The notes beneath the pieces were generated by a model that was not told where the DNA came from, did no database searches, and saw only the letters and a list, made by a program, of their open reading frames with translations. DNA of 64,000 nt from a virus. The stretch is taken from the IMG/VR virus record IMGVR_UViG_3300027969_000087, positions 4,040 through 68,039 of that record, one strand, 5' to 3'. Position 1 is the stretch's first letter. Each line of letters starts with the position of its first letter. Below, one piece after another: positions 25,252-33,830 of the stretch. The translations under genes and the position numbers were made by a program.

Positions 25252-26271
25252 TCAGACTTTAGAGATAAATTCTTGTCCTTTATAGAGAGTTTTGCCTTCA
25301 TCAATATGGACTAAGTCCACATGGAATGAACCTTCATCCTTGTAGCGAATGACTGCGATACCTTGCTGCCAGTTTTCCCAGTAGGTTACTGGTTTGCCGT
25401 TAGAATCCGTAGAGCCCTTGACGCTAGGTACGTGGCCATCTATACGGCATAGGCAACCGGGACTGATAGCCATAGCCTTGATACGACCCTCACGGTCAAA
25501 GGTGGTCTTTGATTGGATTTCCTGGCGGTGGATATGCCCAAATACTGTAGAGATATGTGGCATTTCGTTGGTGTACTTCATGGCTGTTGAACCACCCGAG
25601 TTTACCTTATCGCCATGAATAGCACGAAGCTTGTCGTTAATCCACCACATACCCGCAGGATAGGCGTCAATGTAGTCCACATTGAAGTCTTCTAGGCGTA
25701 GAAGGTATGGCATAGACATGACTGGCCATGAGCTTGGAGTATTAGCACGACGTAGACCAAAGGCTGACAGGGCGTTAGCCTGTACGAACTTCTGCATACG
25801 GCGATCGTGGTTGCCCTCAAGGATAATGATTTTTGCATCAGGGGCAGCAGCACGCTGTTCAGCAGCAAATAGGCTGCCACGATCTAGAGCATGCTGGGTA
25901 GTGAAAGCAAACGCAGCTTCCTGCTCGTACTTACCCTGTGCTGGGAGATCAATGTAATCTCCAAGGTTTACTACCTGGTGTACACCGCTCTCATGCTGCT
26001 CAGCATTAAGAATCTGTAGGGCCACACTCATAGCAGCCTCATCATGGAAAGGATCTAGATCTTCTCCCTCAAACTGGCGAAAACCAATTTGTGGATCTGG
26101 CAGGATAACCGCAGTCTTCCACCCACCAATTAGGGCAGGAGTCTTCTTAGGCTTGGCCGGCTGCTTGATTACTATAGGTTTTGCTGGCTGTACTACTGGC
26201 CACTCTGGACCATCGAAGGCCATTTGCTTACGCAACTTAGAGAGTTCAGTTCCTAGAGTAGGCATGCGCAA
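25252..26271 (-). CDS. calcineurin-like metallophosphoesterase
   Basis: PDPQ, LGDYID, EGNHD, HG, FGHIHR, NWQQG; true start may be ATG 26223. Confidence 0.85.
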   Translation of the reverse strand: MRMPTLGTELSKLRKQMAFDGPEWPVVQPAKPIVIKQPAKPKKTPALIGGWKTAVILPDPQIGFRQFEGEDLDPFHDEAAMSVALQILNAEQHESGVHQVVNLGDYIDLPAQGKYEQEAAFAFTTQHALDRGSLFAAEQRAAAPDAKIIILEGNHDRRMQKFVQANALSAFGLRRANTPSSWPVMSMPYLLRLEDFNVDYIDAYPAGMWWINDKLRAIHGDKVNSGGSTAMKYTNEMPHISTVFGHIHRQEIQSKTTFDREGRIKAMAISPGCLCRIDGHVPSVKGSTDSNGKPVTYWENWQQGIAVIRYKDEGSFHVDLVHIDEGKTLYKGQEFISKV

Positions 26272-26492
26272 GCCTCCGTACGATGACGGCGAAGTGCTTC
26301 AACGCTGTATGTCGCACCTACTGTGCGAAAGATTTGTAGCAAAGCCCGATTCGGGATAGATACATCATTGAGGGCTTCTTCTAGAAGCACCTGATCTTCT
26401 TCCGATAAGTGGTCAGACCATTCGCCTACGACACACTTACGTACTTGGGTGCTTATCTTGATCTTATAATCTTGCAAGGCCTCAGCCAACAT
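26253..26492 (-). CDS. small Cys-containing putative DNA-binding protein
   Basis: C...LRRHRTEACAC, coupled to the phosphoesterase gene. Confidence 0.65.
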   Translation of the reverse strand: MLAEALQDYKIKISTQVRKCVVGEWSDHLSEEDQVLLEEALNDVSIPNRALLQIFRTVGATYSVEALRRHRTEACACLL

Positions 26493-26518
26493 ATTTTACT
26501 CCAATTGTTATCCCGATT

Positions 26519-26541
26519 AAAGAGTGGCCCCGAAGGGCCAC
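26519..26541 (-). terminator. hairpin terminator with UUCG tetraloop
   Basis: GTGGCCC-TTCG-GGGCCAC-TCTTT on the - strand. Confidence 0.7.
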
Positions 26542-26565
26542 CCAATTATTAAATTATTGTATTAC

Positions 26566-26952
26566 TTAATTGTACGATGAACCCATGCCATCGTCAAATA
26601 CCGAACGACTACGGTTAGTAGAAGGAGGAACGATACGACCGCTTGCCTGTGTAGCACCAGCTTCTGGAGCCGTAGGGATTACAGTGTTAACTGTAACTGC
26701 ATAGCGAGCGCCATTACGTTCTGCTCCGCCACCAACATTAGGTGAAAGGATATTTGGACGGTTAGCCTTATTGGTGATCGTAGGATCTCCAGCTGCCGTG
26801 TTACCACGTGGCATTAGGGTAGCGCGACCGGTTTCGGTAGCTGATGGGTACTGAGCAGAACTAGCTGCTTCTGTGCCCATAGGTACGCGAGGCGCACCGG
26901 TTTTGGCCATACCGGCCAAGGCTTCGTCTACATTGTCGGAAGAATTAGCCAC
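26566..26952 (-). CDS. Ala/Gly/Pro-rich hypothetical protein
   Basis: 128 aa, GAGGT SD, own terminator. Confidence 0.7.
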   Translation of the reverse strand: MANSSDNVDEALAGMAKTGAPRVPMGTEAASSAQYPSATETGRATLMPRGNTAAGDPTITNKANRPNILSPNVGGGAERNGARYAVTVNTVIPTAPEAGATQASGRIVPPSTNRSRSVFDDGMGSSYN

Positions 26953-27025
26953 TTTTTACCTCATTCTAGAATAGAGAGCTGTACTGCTATATAAACGGTA
27001 AGTCTTATAGCTTTAAATATCAGCC

Positions 27026-27313
27026 TTAACTTGCAGTAATTGTGAATACAATTGCTGAAATAGTACCTTCTCTGGACTCAACAGAAGTGAATCCCGGCTT
27101 GCAAACAAGGTCAAGCCCTCGTGGGGCTACATAACCTCTGGCGATTGCAATGGCCTTAACAGCCTGGTTTACAGCTGAAGCGCCTACCGCACGGATACGT
27201 ACTGTTGGATTTTCGTACAATGCATGGGCAATAGCTGAGCCGACTGACTGAGCATTTGATCCTGCACTCACCCTTAGGGTGTTTTCTTCTTGCTTATCTG
27301 ATGTTTCGCTCAC
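27026..27313 (-). CDS. spoVS: SpoVS family (Alba-like) protein
   Basis: LRVSAGSN..SVGSAIA...AVGASAVNQAVKAIAIARGYVAPRGLDLVCKPGF. Confidence 0.9.
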   Translation of the reverse strand: MSETSDKQEENTLRVSAGSNAQSVGSAIAHALYENPTVRIRAVGASAVNQAVKAIAIARGYVAPRGLDLVCKPGFTSVESREGTISAIVFTITAS

Positions 27314-27368
27314 GATTAGTGTTCCTTATGGTTTCGATTATTGGAGCGCCCTCAGTAAAACTCTATCA

Positions 27369-27911
27369 CTATTTAGTTAGTAACTTGTCGTAAACTTCTT
27401 TTTCATACTCAAAGTCGTGGGCATTACGGGCAATCCGTGCTAACCCATAGGAGTCTGCGGCATTGTCATTATTGAACTCCACGCCCCATTTCTTATATAC
27501 ATTGAGAAGGATCTGGTTCTTATCTACCCGACCCTTGCCGGTTATGTACTTCTTTAGGCTGGTAGGTGGAACAACTAGAGGTAAAGCCGCTGCTTGATTA
27601 GCAAATCTATAAGCATCAAACAAAGCTAGGCGAATCATTCCTCCGAGTTCTCCTGCCATATTTGCCATTTGGCTCCCAAATGCGTAACCCTCAATAGCCA
27701 CCGACCCAACAACGTACCTATCAAGAAACCCAAGCATAAAGGCCCTAGCTTTATGAAGACGCTCAACACCAGTTCCATCTATCTTCTTTACCTCCGTGTA
27801 GTAGTTACCGTCTTTATCAATAGCAGTAATAGCAAAGCCAGAGTAAGACTGGTCTATGCCAATAGATACTTCACCCTTGAGATCAGGAGATCCAAATACT
27901 TTAAGACTCAT
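27369..27911 (-). CDS. RuvC-like Holliday junction resolvase
   Basis: IGIDQSYSGFA, AIEGY, PPTSLKKYITGKG..K, NAADSYGLA; start trimmed to ATG 27911. Confidence 0.85.
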   Translation of the reverse strand: MSLKVFGSPDLKGEVSIGIDQSYSGFAITAIDKDGNYYTEVKKIDGTGVERLHKARAFMLGFLDRYVVGSVAIEGYAFGSQMANMAGELGGMIRLALFDAYRFANQAAALPLVVPPTSLKKYITGKGRVDKNQILLNVYKKWGVEFNNDNAADSYGLARIARNAHDFEYEKEVYDKLLTK

Positions 27912-28194
27912 TACTATAACTTTCTTTATGCTTTGAACAATCAGGGCCACATACCCTAAACCCATTACGAATACTTTTAGTAATAATTTGCCAGCTTATA
28001 ATCTGAAGCCGTGAGAATACCCTAAAATCTACGTGTAGATGCCCATGCCAATACTTTACTTTAACCCAACGTGTTTCAAAAGCATTATCTATAAAGGGAA
28101 CAGAGGTAATAAATATACGTAAATACTTAGACCTAAAGTTATAAATATTTTGAGTACGTGTTTTAGTTTGATGTATAGTTTTTTCAATACGCAT
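27901..28194 (-). CDS. hypothetical protein
   Basis: AT-rich 97-aa ORF, TAATG coupling. Confidence 0.55.
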   Translation of the reverse strand: MRIEKTIHQTKTRTQNIYNFRSKYLRIFITSVPFIDNAFETRWVKVKYWHGHLHVDFRVFSRLQIISWQIITKSIRNGFRVCGPDCSKHKESYSNES

Positions 28195-28508
28195 TACTGC
28201 TCACCGTCTAACTTTTTTTCTAATAACTCTGCTAATTTGTTTTCTTCATACTCTATAGAACTAATTATTTCATCGGTGATAGATAGAGGCTGTATACCTT
28301 TACTATATCTATCCCAAAACCAACCCATCATGTAACGTACAGCATCCGTAGCACAAAGACACTCTTTTTTATTTTGTGGAATACAGTCAGTAATGTGAAA
28401 AACATAAGTGTGTACGTTTATAAACTTATCAACTAGCTCTAAGTCTAAGTACCTATGTTTTGAATCTTGGGCAGCTTTATGAGCAAACGCCTGTGGTGCA
28501 GGGATCAT
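28194..28508 (-). CDS. hypothetical protein
   Basis: 104 aa, coupled to neighbours. Confidence 0.6.
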   Translation of the reverse strand: MIPAPQAFAHKAAQDSKHRYLDLELVDKFINVHTYVFHITDCIPQNKKECLCATDAVRYMMGWFWDRYSKGIQPLSITDEIISSIEYEENKLAELLEKKLDGEQ

Positions 28509-28750
28509 TCCTGCTCACCGTCTAACGCTTTGATTGTTGGACATGGGTAAACAATAGGAAATACTGAAACGCTAAAACCATTTTCCCAACTTTGGTAACA
28601 AGTGATGCAGTTTCCAAATCCATTATCAAAATGCAACTCACGTACACGCTGAATGGCTTCAGTCTTTTGCTTGTTAAGTTCCATGTACTGAACAGCAGTT
28701 GCGTTCCAATCAACGGCACCGACGTCAATGGTTTCAATTTTGTCACTCAT
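28505..28750 (-). CDS. small zinc-binding hypothetical protein
   Basis: VRELH..CITC...YPCPTIKALD, a pattern common in actinophage small proteins. Confidence 0.7.
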   Translation of the reverse strand: MSDKIETIDVGAVDWNATAVQYMELNKQKTEAIQRVRELHFDNGFGNCITCYQSWENGFSVSVFPIVYPCPTIKALDGEQE

Positions 28751-29277
28751 GCTACTACCAACATCATCTTATCTATTAGATATTTTAAATTTGCTAGGTC
28801 ACCATCATTCTTAATGGTAAAGTCAAATGTGTAGTCGTCTAGATCTACTTCAGACTTATGCTTGTTGACTGGTCCGGTGCCTGGGCGCTTTACACGCCAT
28901 AACTGACCACCTAGGTCACGGATAGCGTCTGCCTCATTCTGGTAGCGAACATCAGTAATGATGTAGTTCTTAGAGGGATCTAGTCCACCTAGAGTCTTGT
29001 TGACCCAAATGTTTTCCCCAAAGATCTCACGACCAGCTTCTGTACCCATACGCTGTAGGAGCATACGTAGTTCTGGGCTAGTACGCTTAGCCTTTTCCCA
29101 CCCCATTAGCATTACAAGATCTTTAACCCTGACCCCAATACCAAGCAAGGGGTTCAAAGCTACAAGAGCTTCACGCAATGTATCTGCAAAAGCAGCACGC
29201 TCAAAGCCGTACTCTAGTGCAATCTTGGCGATCTCATCCTTACCGGACTGTGCGTAGCCTGATACTCCAATAATCAT
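28747..29277 (-). CDS. deoxynucleoside monophosphate kinase
   Basis: IIGVSGYAQSGKD, AFAD, LQRMGTEAGR, ITDVRYQNE, HKSE. Confidence 0.9.
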   Translation of the reverse strand: MIIGVSGYAQSGKDEIAKIALEYGFERAAFADTLREALVALNPLLGIGVRVKDLVMLMGWEKAKRTSPELRMLLQRMGTEAGREIFGENIWVNKTLGGLDPSKNYIITDVRYQNEADAIRDLGGQLWRVKRPGTGPVNKHKSEVDLDDYTFDFTIKNDGDLANLKYLIDKMMLVVA

Positions 29278-29774
29278 TACTTTTCCTTATTGCTGTATGG
29301 TGAATGGACTTCGTTAGAGTTTGTGCTGTAAGTAGAGGATTCTTTAAATGAAGGTGGGTACTTACGAGACTTAAATGAATTTAACCTTTTTTCATGGTTT
29401 TTGTCTGCGTCCTTTTGAACTATAGCTCCTAACTCCCGCTGAAGACTAACTATCTCTGCCCTAGCAACAGCTAACTGTTCTTGAAGTTTCTTTTTCTCAT
29501 CGGGGGATATTGCATACTCATTAATAAGAGATGCTACAAGAGCTTGACCTAATGCGACAAAATCTACAACGCTAGCTTCTTCAGCACAGCATTCTTCTTC
29601 ACACATGACTAGAGCATCTTGAAGAATGTTATGTAGTAGTTCTCCAGCTTCTTCAGTATCTTCATGACTTAGTACTTTGAGTGTTGACTCTTTACGCTTA
29701 CCAAAACTAACTGTAGTACTAGAGCCATTGGTAGTTGTAGTACTAGTTTTTGAATAATCTGTTGGATGGAACAT
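29277..29774 (-). CDS. hypothetical coiled-coil protein
   Basis: 165 aa, coupled. Confidence 0.65.
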   Translation of the reverse strand: MFHPTDYSKTSTTTTNGSSTTVSFGKRKESTLKVLSHEDTEEAGELLHNILQDALVMCEEECCAEEASVVDFVALGQALVASLINEYAISPDEKKKLQEQLAVARAEIVSLQRELGAIVQKDADKNHEKRLNSFKSRKYPPSFKESSTYSTNSNEVHSPYSNKEK

Positions 29775-30265
29775 TAGGCCGTATACCTCCGTGCACGGTT
29801 CTTTACACCGCTATCTGATGTGCGACGAGTTAGTTCACGAGAAACCAGTGCAGCATCACGCTCTAGGTTTTGTAACAACGTCTCAATCAACTTACGATAA
29901 GCATGCTTTTCATCTAGTTCTTGCTTTGCCTCAGCAACTTTAGGGTCTAGCGCGATTTGCGCTTTAGCAATAGTGACGCGATCACCAGTACCGCCCTTCC
30001 AGTTATTGATCAAAGCTGTTGACTCTAGCACAGATACTAGTCGGTCAGACTCACGCTCATCAATTGCTGCTACAGCTAACTGTGGTGCGACATAGTCATT
30101 CCATGTAGTTAGTGTAACGAATAGGTCCATTAGCTCATCGTCATCAAGTTCTGTAATGTCCCTAGGTAGTTCTGGGATATCGTAGGACGGCTTAGATGGG
30201 ATCTTAAAACCTTTGGTGCTAAGAGAATTTAGTGCTCGTAAACTGTTACTCATTTGTATCTCCAT
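29774..30265 (-). CDS. helical protein, possibly a UvsY-like recombination mediator
   Basis: Coiled-coil with KAQIALDP and VSRELTRR; lies in the recombination cluster. Confidence 0.45.
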   Translation of the reverse strand: MEIQMSNSLRALNSLSTKGFKIPSKPSYDIPELPRDITELDDDELMDLFVTLTTWNDYVAPQLAVAAIDERESDRLVSVLESTALINNWKGGTGDRVTIAKAQIALDPKVAEAKQELDEKHAYRKLIETLLQNLERDAALVSRELTRRTSDSGVKNRARRYTA

Positions 30266-30452
30266 TTAGTAAACGGATAGTGTTGCATGGCCAAGCTTGT
30301 CCACACTCAGTGCAAGCAACCTTACCATAGATATGTGTCATCTTCTTATGCAGCCTTAGTAGGCCCCCATACAAATCTATTAGACCTTTTTCTGCTAGAG
30401 CCTTATCAAGCAAAGCATATTCTTCGCTGTTGTCTACATCAGACCACTTCAT
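30246..30452 (-). CDS. small zinc-binding hypothetical protein
   Basis: LH...CTECGQAWPCNTIRLL, same pattern as 28505..28750. Confidence 0.65.
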   Translation of the reverse strand: MKWSDVDNSEEYALLDKALAEKGLIDLYGGLLRLHKKMTHIYGKVACTECGQAWPCNTIRLLNGDTNE

Positions 30453-31338
30453 TTGCTTCCTCCCTAAAAGTTTCGCAACGCTTGCAACCCTTTACTGGAT
30501 CAATATTACATGCAGGTGGGCGCTTGTTGTCAACTGCCCACTTTACATCCAGTGCGTTCTCAAAGATCTCGGCTACATACTCTGGGTCATACTGGACCTC
30601 AAACTCTTTGTAGTCTTGGTTAGCTTTGAGTTCGTAGATGAATACTATCGATCCAGGAGCTGACTCTGCAAGTCCTTCTTCTACCATTAAGTGACACAGG
30701 TGCAAATAGACCTGGCCCTGAAGCATATGTGACCTGAAAGGCTGCTTGACTGCCCTCCATGCAGTTTCCAGGTCACCATTGGCAGCGGATAGTAGCGCAG
30801 GCGCTTCAAACCTAAACGTGCCAGTCCCCATTGATTTAATCTCAATGAGGAAATCATCTCCTAAGCCCTTGACCCAGCCATCAGAATGGCCACGGATCAT
30901 ATGCTTTTCAGACGATAAAGGTACTTCCTTGTAGAGTAGACCGCCTTCATTACAGAACTGGCAACCATCTGGTGAAGTACCATAAAAAGATTCATTGCAA
31001 TATACACACTCCCAAAGACCATACATGTTGCCCATGCTGGTAATCCAGGTCTGCCACTTGTGGTGGATAGCGTGGCCCTCATCAAAGATTGACTGTAGGC
31101 GTAATGTTGGCTTCTCTTGAGTAGCTACGTAGTTACCGGTCAACTGGTGGTAGGCATGCAGTGCACACCATTCCTTCTTAATCATGTCACTAGGGTGAAG
31201 ATACGACTGATCCCGGAACTCTGGCTCACGGGTAAGAATGTAACGCTCTAGTGGACCAGTTAACCGGCTTACACGCTTGTTAGCATCAAGAAAGGCTTTC
31301 AGGTTTTTGCTTGTTATTTTTTGAGGTTTTGAGGGCAT
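30439..31338 (-). CDS. Cas4/RecB-like PD-(D/E)XK exonuclease
   Basis: HPSD..WC, GHAIH, GHSDG, IEIKS, QGQVY, C-terminal C..CxxC. Confidence 0.85.
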   Translation of the reverse strand: MPSKPQKITSKNLKAFLDANKRVSRLTGPLERYILTREPEFRDQSYLHPSDMIKKEWCALHAYHQLTGNYVATQEKPTLRLQSIFDEGHAIHHKWQTWITSMGNMYGLWECVYCNESFYGTSPDGCQFCNEGGLLYKEVPLSSEKHMIRGHSDGWVKGLGDDFLIEIKSMGTGTFRFEAPALLSAANGDLETAWRAVKQPFRSHMLQGQVYLHLCHLMVEEGLAESAPGSIVFIYELKANQDYKEFEVQYDPEYVAEIFENALDVKWAVDNKRPPACNIDPVKGCKRCETFREEANEVV

Positions 31339-31645
31339 TTGGAGTTTCCAACCATTCGTCTAAGGTCATACCTGCTGCAGTATATTTACGAATCATAGCG
31401 TTCCTTTCACGATGTGACAAACCGCCCCAAATACCATGAAGCTCATCATTCTTGATTGCTTCTTTTAGGCACTCTTTGCGTACAGGGCAAGCTGGTTCAC
31501 CATCGTTACCAAGACAGACTGCCTTGGCTTTGTCTGCTATGTTCGTGTAAAGATCTTTATCCCGAGGTGGGAAGAAAATCTCGGTGTCTATTCCTCGGCA
31601 CTTAGCATCGTATCGCCAAGCCCAGGGGACGTCGTCGTCGTACAT
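31286..31645 (-). CDS. WhiB-family transcription factor
   Basis: AKC..FFP..AKAVC..CPVRKEC..GIWGG. Confidence 0.92.
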   Translation of the reverse strand: MYDDDVPWAWRYDAKCRGIDTEIFFPPRDKDLYTNIADKAKAVCLGNDGEPACPVRKECLKEAIKNDELHGIWGGLSHRERNAMIRKYTAAGMTLDEWLETPNALKTSKNNKQKPESLS

Positions 31646-31962
31646 ATATGCTCGTTCCTAAAATCTCGAAGTTCCATGAAATCATGTTCCTCCATAAGCA
31701 CATAGTTTTTCCCGTTTAAATGTATTCCTAAAACAGCTGTACGACTATCTAAGATAGCTTCCATAACTATCTTTTCTAATACATCTGATTTGAGAGTGAA
31801 AGACTTCTTACTTGTCCACTTATGTTCAATGAGCAAGTCGTCAGTGCGTACATCACCCTTACGTGACCAGAAGGCCCCGGAGCCAGCAGAACGCTGGCCT
31901 CCGAGGGCTTTCTCTAAACGCTTTTCATGCTTTAGAGATTGCTTTTGGCCTTCAGTCTTCAT
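31588..31962 (-). CDS. PD-(D/E)XK nuclease, Holliday junction resolvase-like
   Basis: HEKRL, GSGA, KGDV, LIEHKWT. Confidence 0.75.
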   Translation of the reverse strand: MKTEGQKQSLKHEKRLEKALGGQRSAGSGAFWSRKGDVRTDDLLIEHKWTSKKSFTLKSDVLEKIVMEAILDSRTAVLGIHLNGKNYVLMEEHDFMELRDFRNEHICTTTTSPGLGDTMLSAEE

Positions 31963-33017
31963 TAGTCTTCCTCATCAGTAATATTTGGCACAGGCGCTGT
32001 ACGCAGAGTGTCCATTACTTCCTTAGTTAATGCATCCTTGAGATCAATTTCCTCACGGATAGACTCTAGCATGTTAGCGGCACCCTGCCACTTCCTACCT
32101 TCATAGTACAGCCACCCGCCACGGCGCTCTACAATTCCATTGAGAATAGATAGAGAAATAATCTCCTTAGCAGAGTCGTAAGACCCAGCATCTAGTGGAC
32201 CACCATCTGCAAACCAGAAATCTAGGTATGCAGTTTGCTGTGGTGGGAATGTCTTGTTCTTAATAGTACGTACACGGATAGTCTGACCACAACGGCGCTT
32301 ACCTTCTCCGACACCTACTTCTAGCCACTCGTCGCGCTTTACTTCTACGCGAATAGCCATGGCGTAGTCCTTGCCTAGACCACCAGGTGTAGTACGAGGA
32401 TCTCCGTGCATTACGCCGATCTTCATGCGGAACTGATTAATCAATAGGCAAGTAATCCCACGCTCATTCTCAACAAGAGAACGCTTAGTGGCCTTAGAGA
32501 CCTTGCGGAAGAACTTGTTAGTAAGCAGGGCTCCACGACCTACGGTCATTTCATCCATGTTCTTATCGTCTTCTGCTGTAGGAACTAGAGCAGGAAGAGA
32601 ATCAATAACAATAAGATCAACAGCCTTAGACTCACAGAACTGAATAGCTGCTTCATATGCTTCCTCCATGATATTAGTGGATACTACAAACACACGGTCA
32701 GTATCGATTCCACACATTTGTGCGTAACCAACATCAAAAGGCTCTGCGGCAATCCACACAGTTGTGAACTCTGGATCCCTTGCTTGATTAGCTGCAACGG
32801 TCTTTAGAGCAATTGCAGTCTTACCATTAGATGCTTCACCGATAACTTCAGTCCACTGGTTTACTGGCCATCCACCACCTAGTACAACGTCTAGTGTAAG
32901 TGAGCCTGTAGTAATACGGGTAGGAAGCTGAGCCTCACTAGCTTTTATTACCGTACCTGGACCCATCTTCTTATTGAGAAGTGCGGCAACTTTCATTACC
33001 TCTGCGTTTAGCGCCAC
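31962..33017 (-). CDS. recA: RecA-like recombinase
   Basis: TGSLTLDVVLGGG, GEASNGKT, IVIDS, INQFRMKIGVMHGDPRTTPGG, KNK. Confidence 0.95.
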   Translation of the reverse strand: MALNAEVMKVAALLNKKMGPGTVIKASEAQLPTRITTGSLTLDVVLGGGWPVNQWTEVIGEASNGKTAIALKTVAANQARDPEFTTVWIAAEPFDVGYAQMCGIDTDRVFVVSTNIMEEAYEAAIQFCESKAVDLIVIDSLPALVPTAEDDKNMDEMTVGRGALLTNKFFRKVSKATKRSLVENERGITCLLINQFRMKIGVMHGDPRTTPGGLGKDYAMAIRVEVKRDEWLEVGVGEGKRRCGQTIRVRTIKNKTFPPQQTAYLDFWFADGGPLDAGSYDSAKEIISLSILNGIVERRGGWLYYEGRKWQGAANMLESIREEIDLKDALTKEVMDTLRTAPVPNITDEED

Positions 33018-33415
33018 TATCCGATCCTGTCTACGATTACTGAAGGGTTAAAATTATTACCGGTTGATGTTTGCTTTGACGGAGTAGAAGGTCCACCGGC
33101 TGAACCGCCTGGCATTCCTGCACCTGTACCGGCTTGCTGTAGCGGGTAACCACAGTCATAGCAACGCTTTAGTGAAGTACCGTTAGGTGCAAAGTAGTTA
33201 CCTGAGTAACATCCTGGGCAATTATCATTCTGCCGTGAACTCTGCGCTTTGCTAACTAGTTGATCCTGATTTGGATCATACGTTACCGGGGTACTAGTTA
33301 CATTACCTTCTGGTACATAGCGAACATTAGGTAGTGGAGATGTAGGGGCGCTTTGTCGCTGAGGAGCTGCAGGGGTATTCTCTGAGAGCCTCCGTGACCA
33401 CCAATCATTACTCAT
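33017..33415 (-). CDS. zinc-ribbon hypothetical protein
   Basis: CPGCYSGNY...RCYDCGYP. Confidence 0.75.
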   Translation of the reverse strand: MSNDWWSRRLSENTPAAPQRQSAPTSPLPNVRYVPEGNVTSTPVTYDPNQDQLVSKAQSSRQNDNCPGCYSGNYFAPNGTSLKRCYDCGYPLQQAGTGAGMPGGSAGGPSTPSKQTSTGNNFNPSVIVDRIG

Positions 33416-33830
33416 TAAGATATCCTCCTGAAATTAAGTTCAAGTCTATTAGCGCAGCTACGCATGAGACTGCAGACGAGAACGATACGTACTTAAATAA
33501 TTGTATCATGGCTTCTAGTACATCTTCCCCAGGCACATCTTCGTTAACTTCTGCTGAAGAGGCAAAGTACGATACTGCGCTAATCTTTGCTGAGATCTGA
33601 GAGTGCATCTCAATGATTGGGAGTATTGCTGCTATCTTTGCAATACGTTCGCTACTTGCATCCTCTTCCATCTCAGCAACCTCATCAGAGATGCCAGTAA
33701 GCCCCAGCATTTCTGCTACAAGTTCGGGGTCTTTACACCCAGAGTCATAGATGATCTTACGTATCTGGGCTGTTGGAGACAACGCAGTTATTTTAATTTC
33801 GTTCTTTTTGTTCTTACGGAAAAAGCCCAT
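33408..33830 (-). CDS. hypothetical protein
   Basis: 140 aa, coupled to the polymerase stop codon. Confidence 0.7.
   Translation of the reverse strand: MGFFRKNKKNEIKITALSPTAQIRKIIYDSGCKDPELVAEMLGLTGISDEVAEMEEDASSERIAKIAAILPIIEMHSQISAKISAVSYFASSAEVNEDVPGEDVLEAMIQLFKYVSFSSAVSCVAALIDLNLISGGYLNE

Noticed and set aside
30439-31338. CRISPR-Cas adaptation module
   Set aside because: Solo Cas4-like nuclease in a recombination cluster; no cas1/cas2 or array
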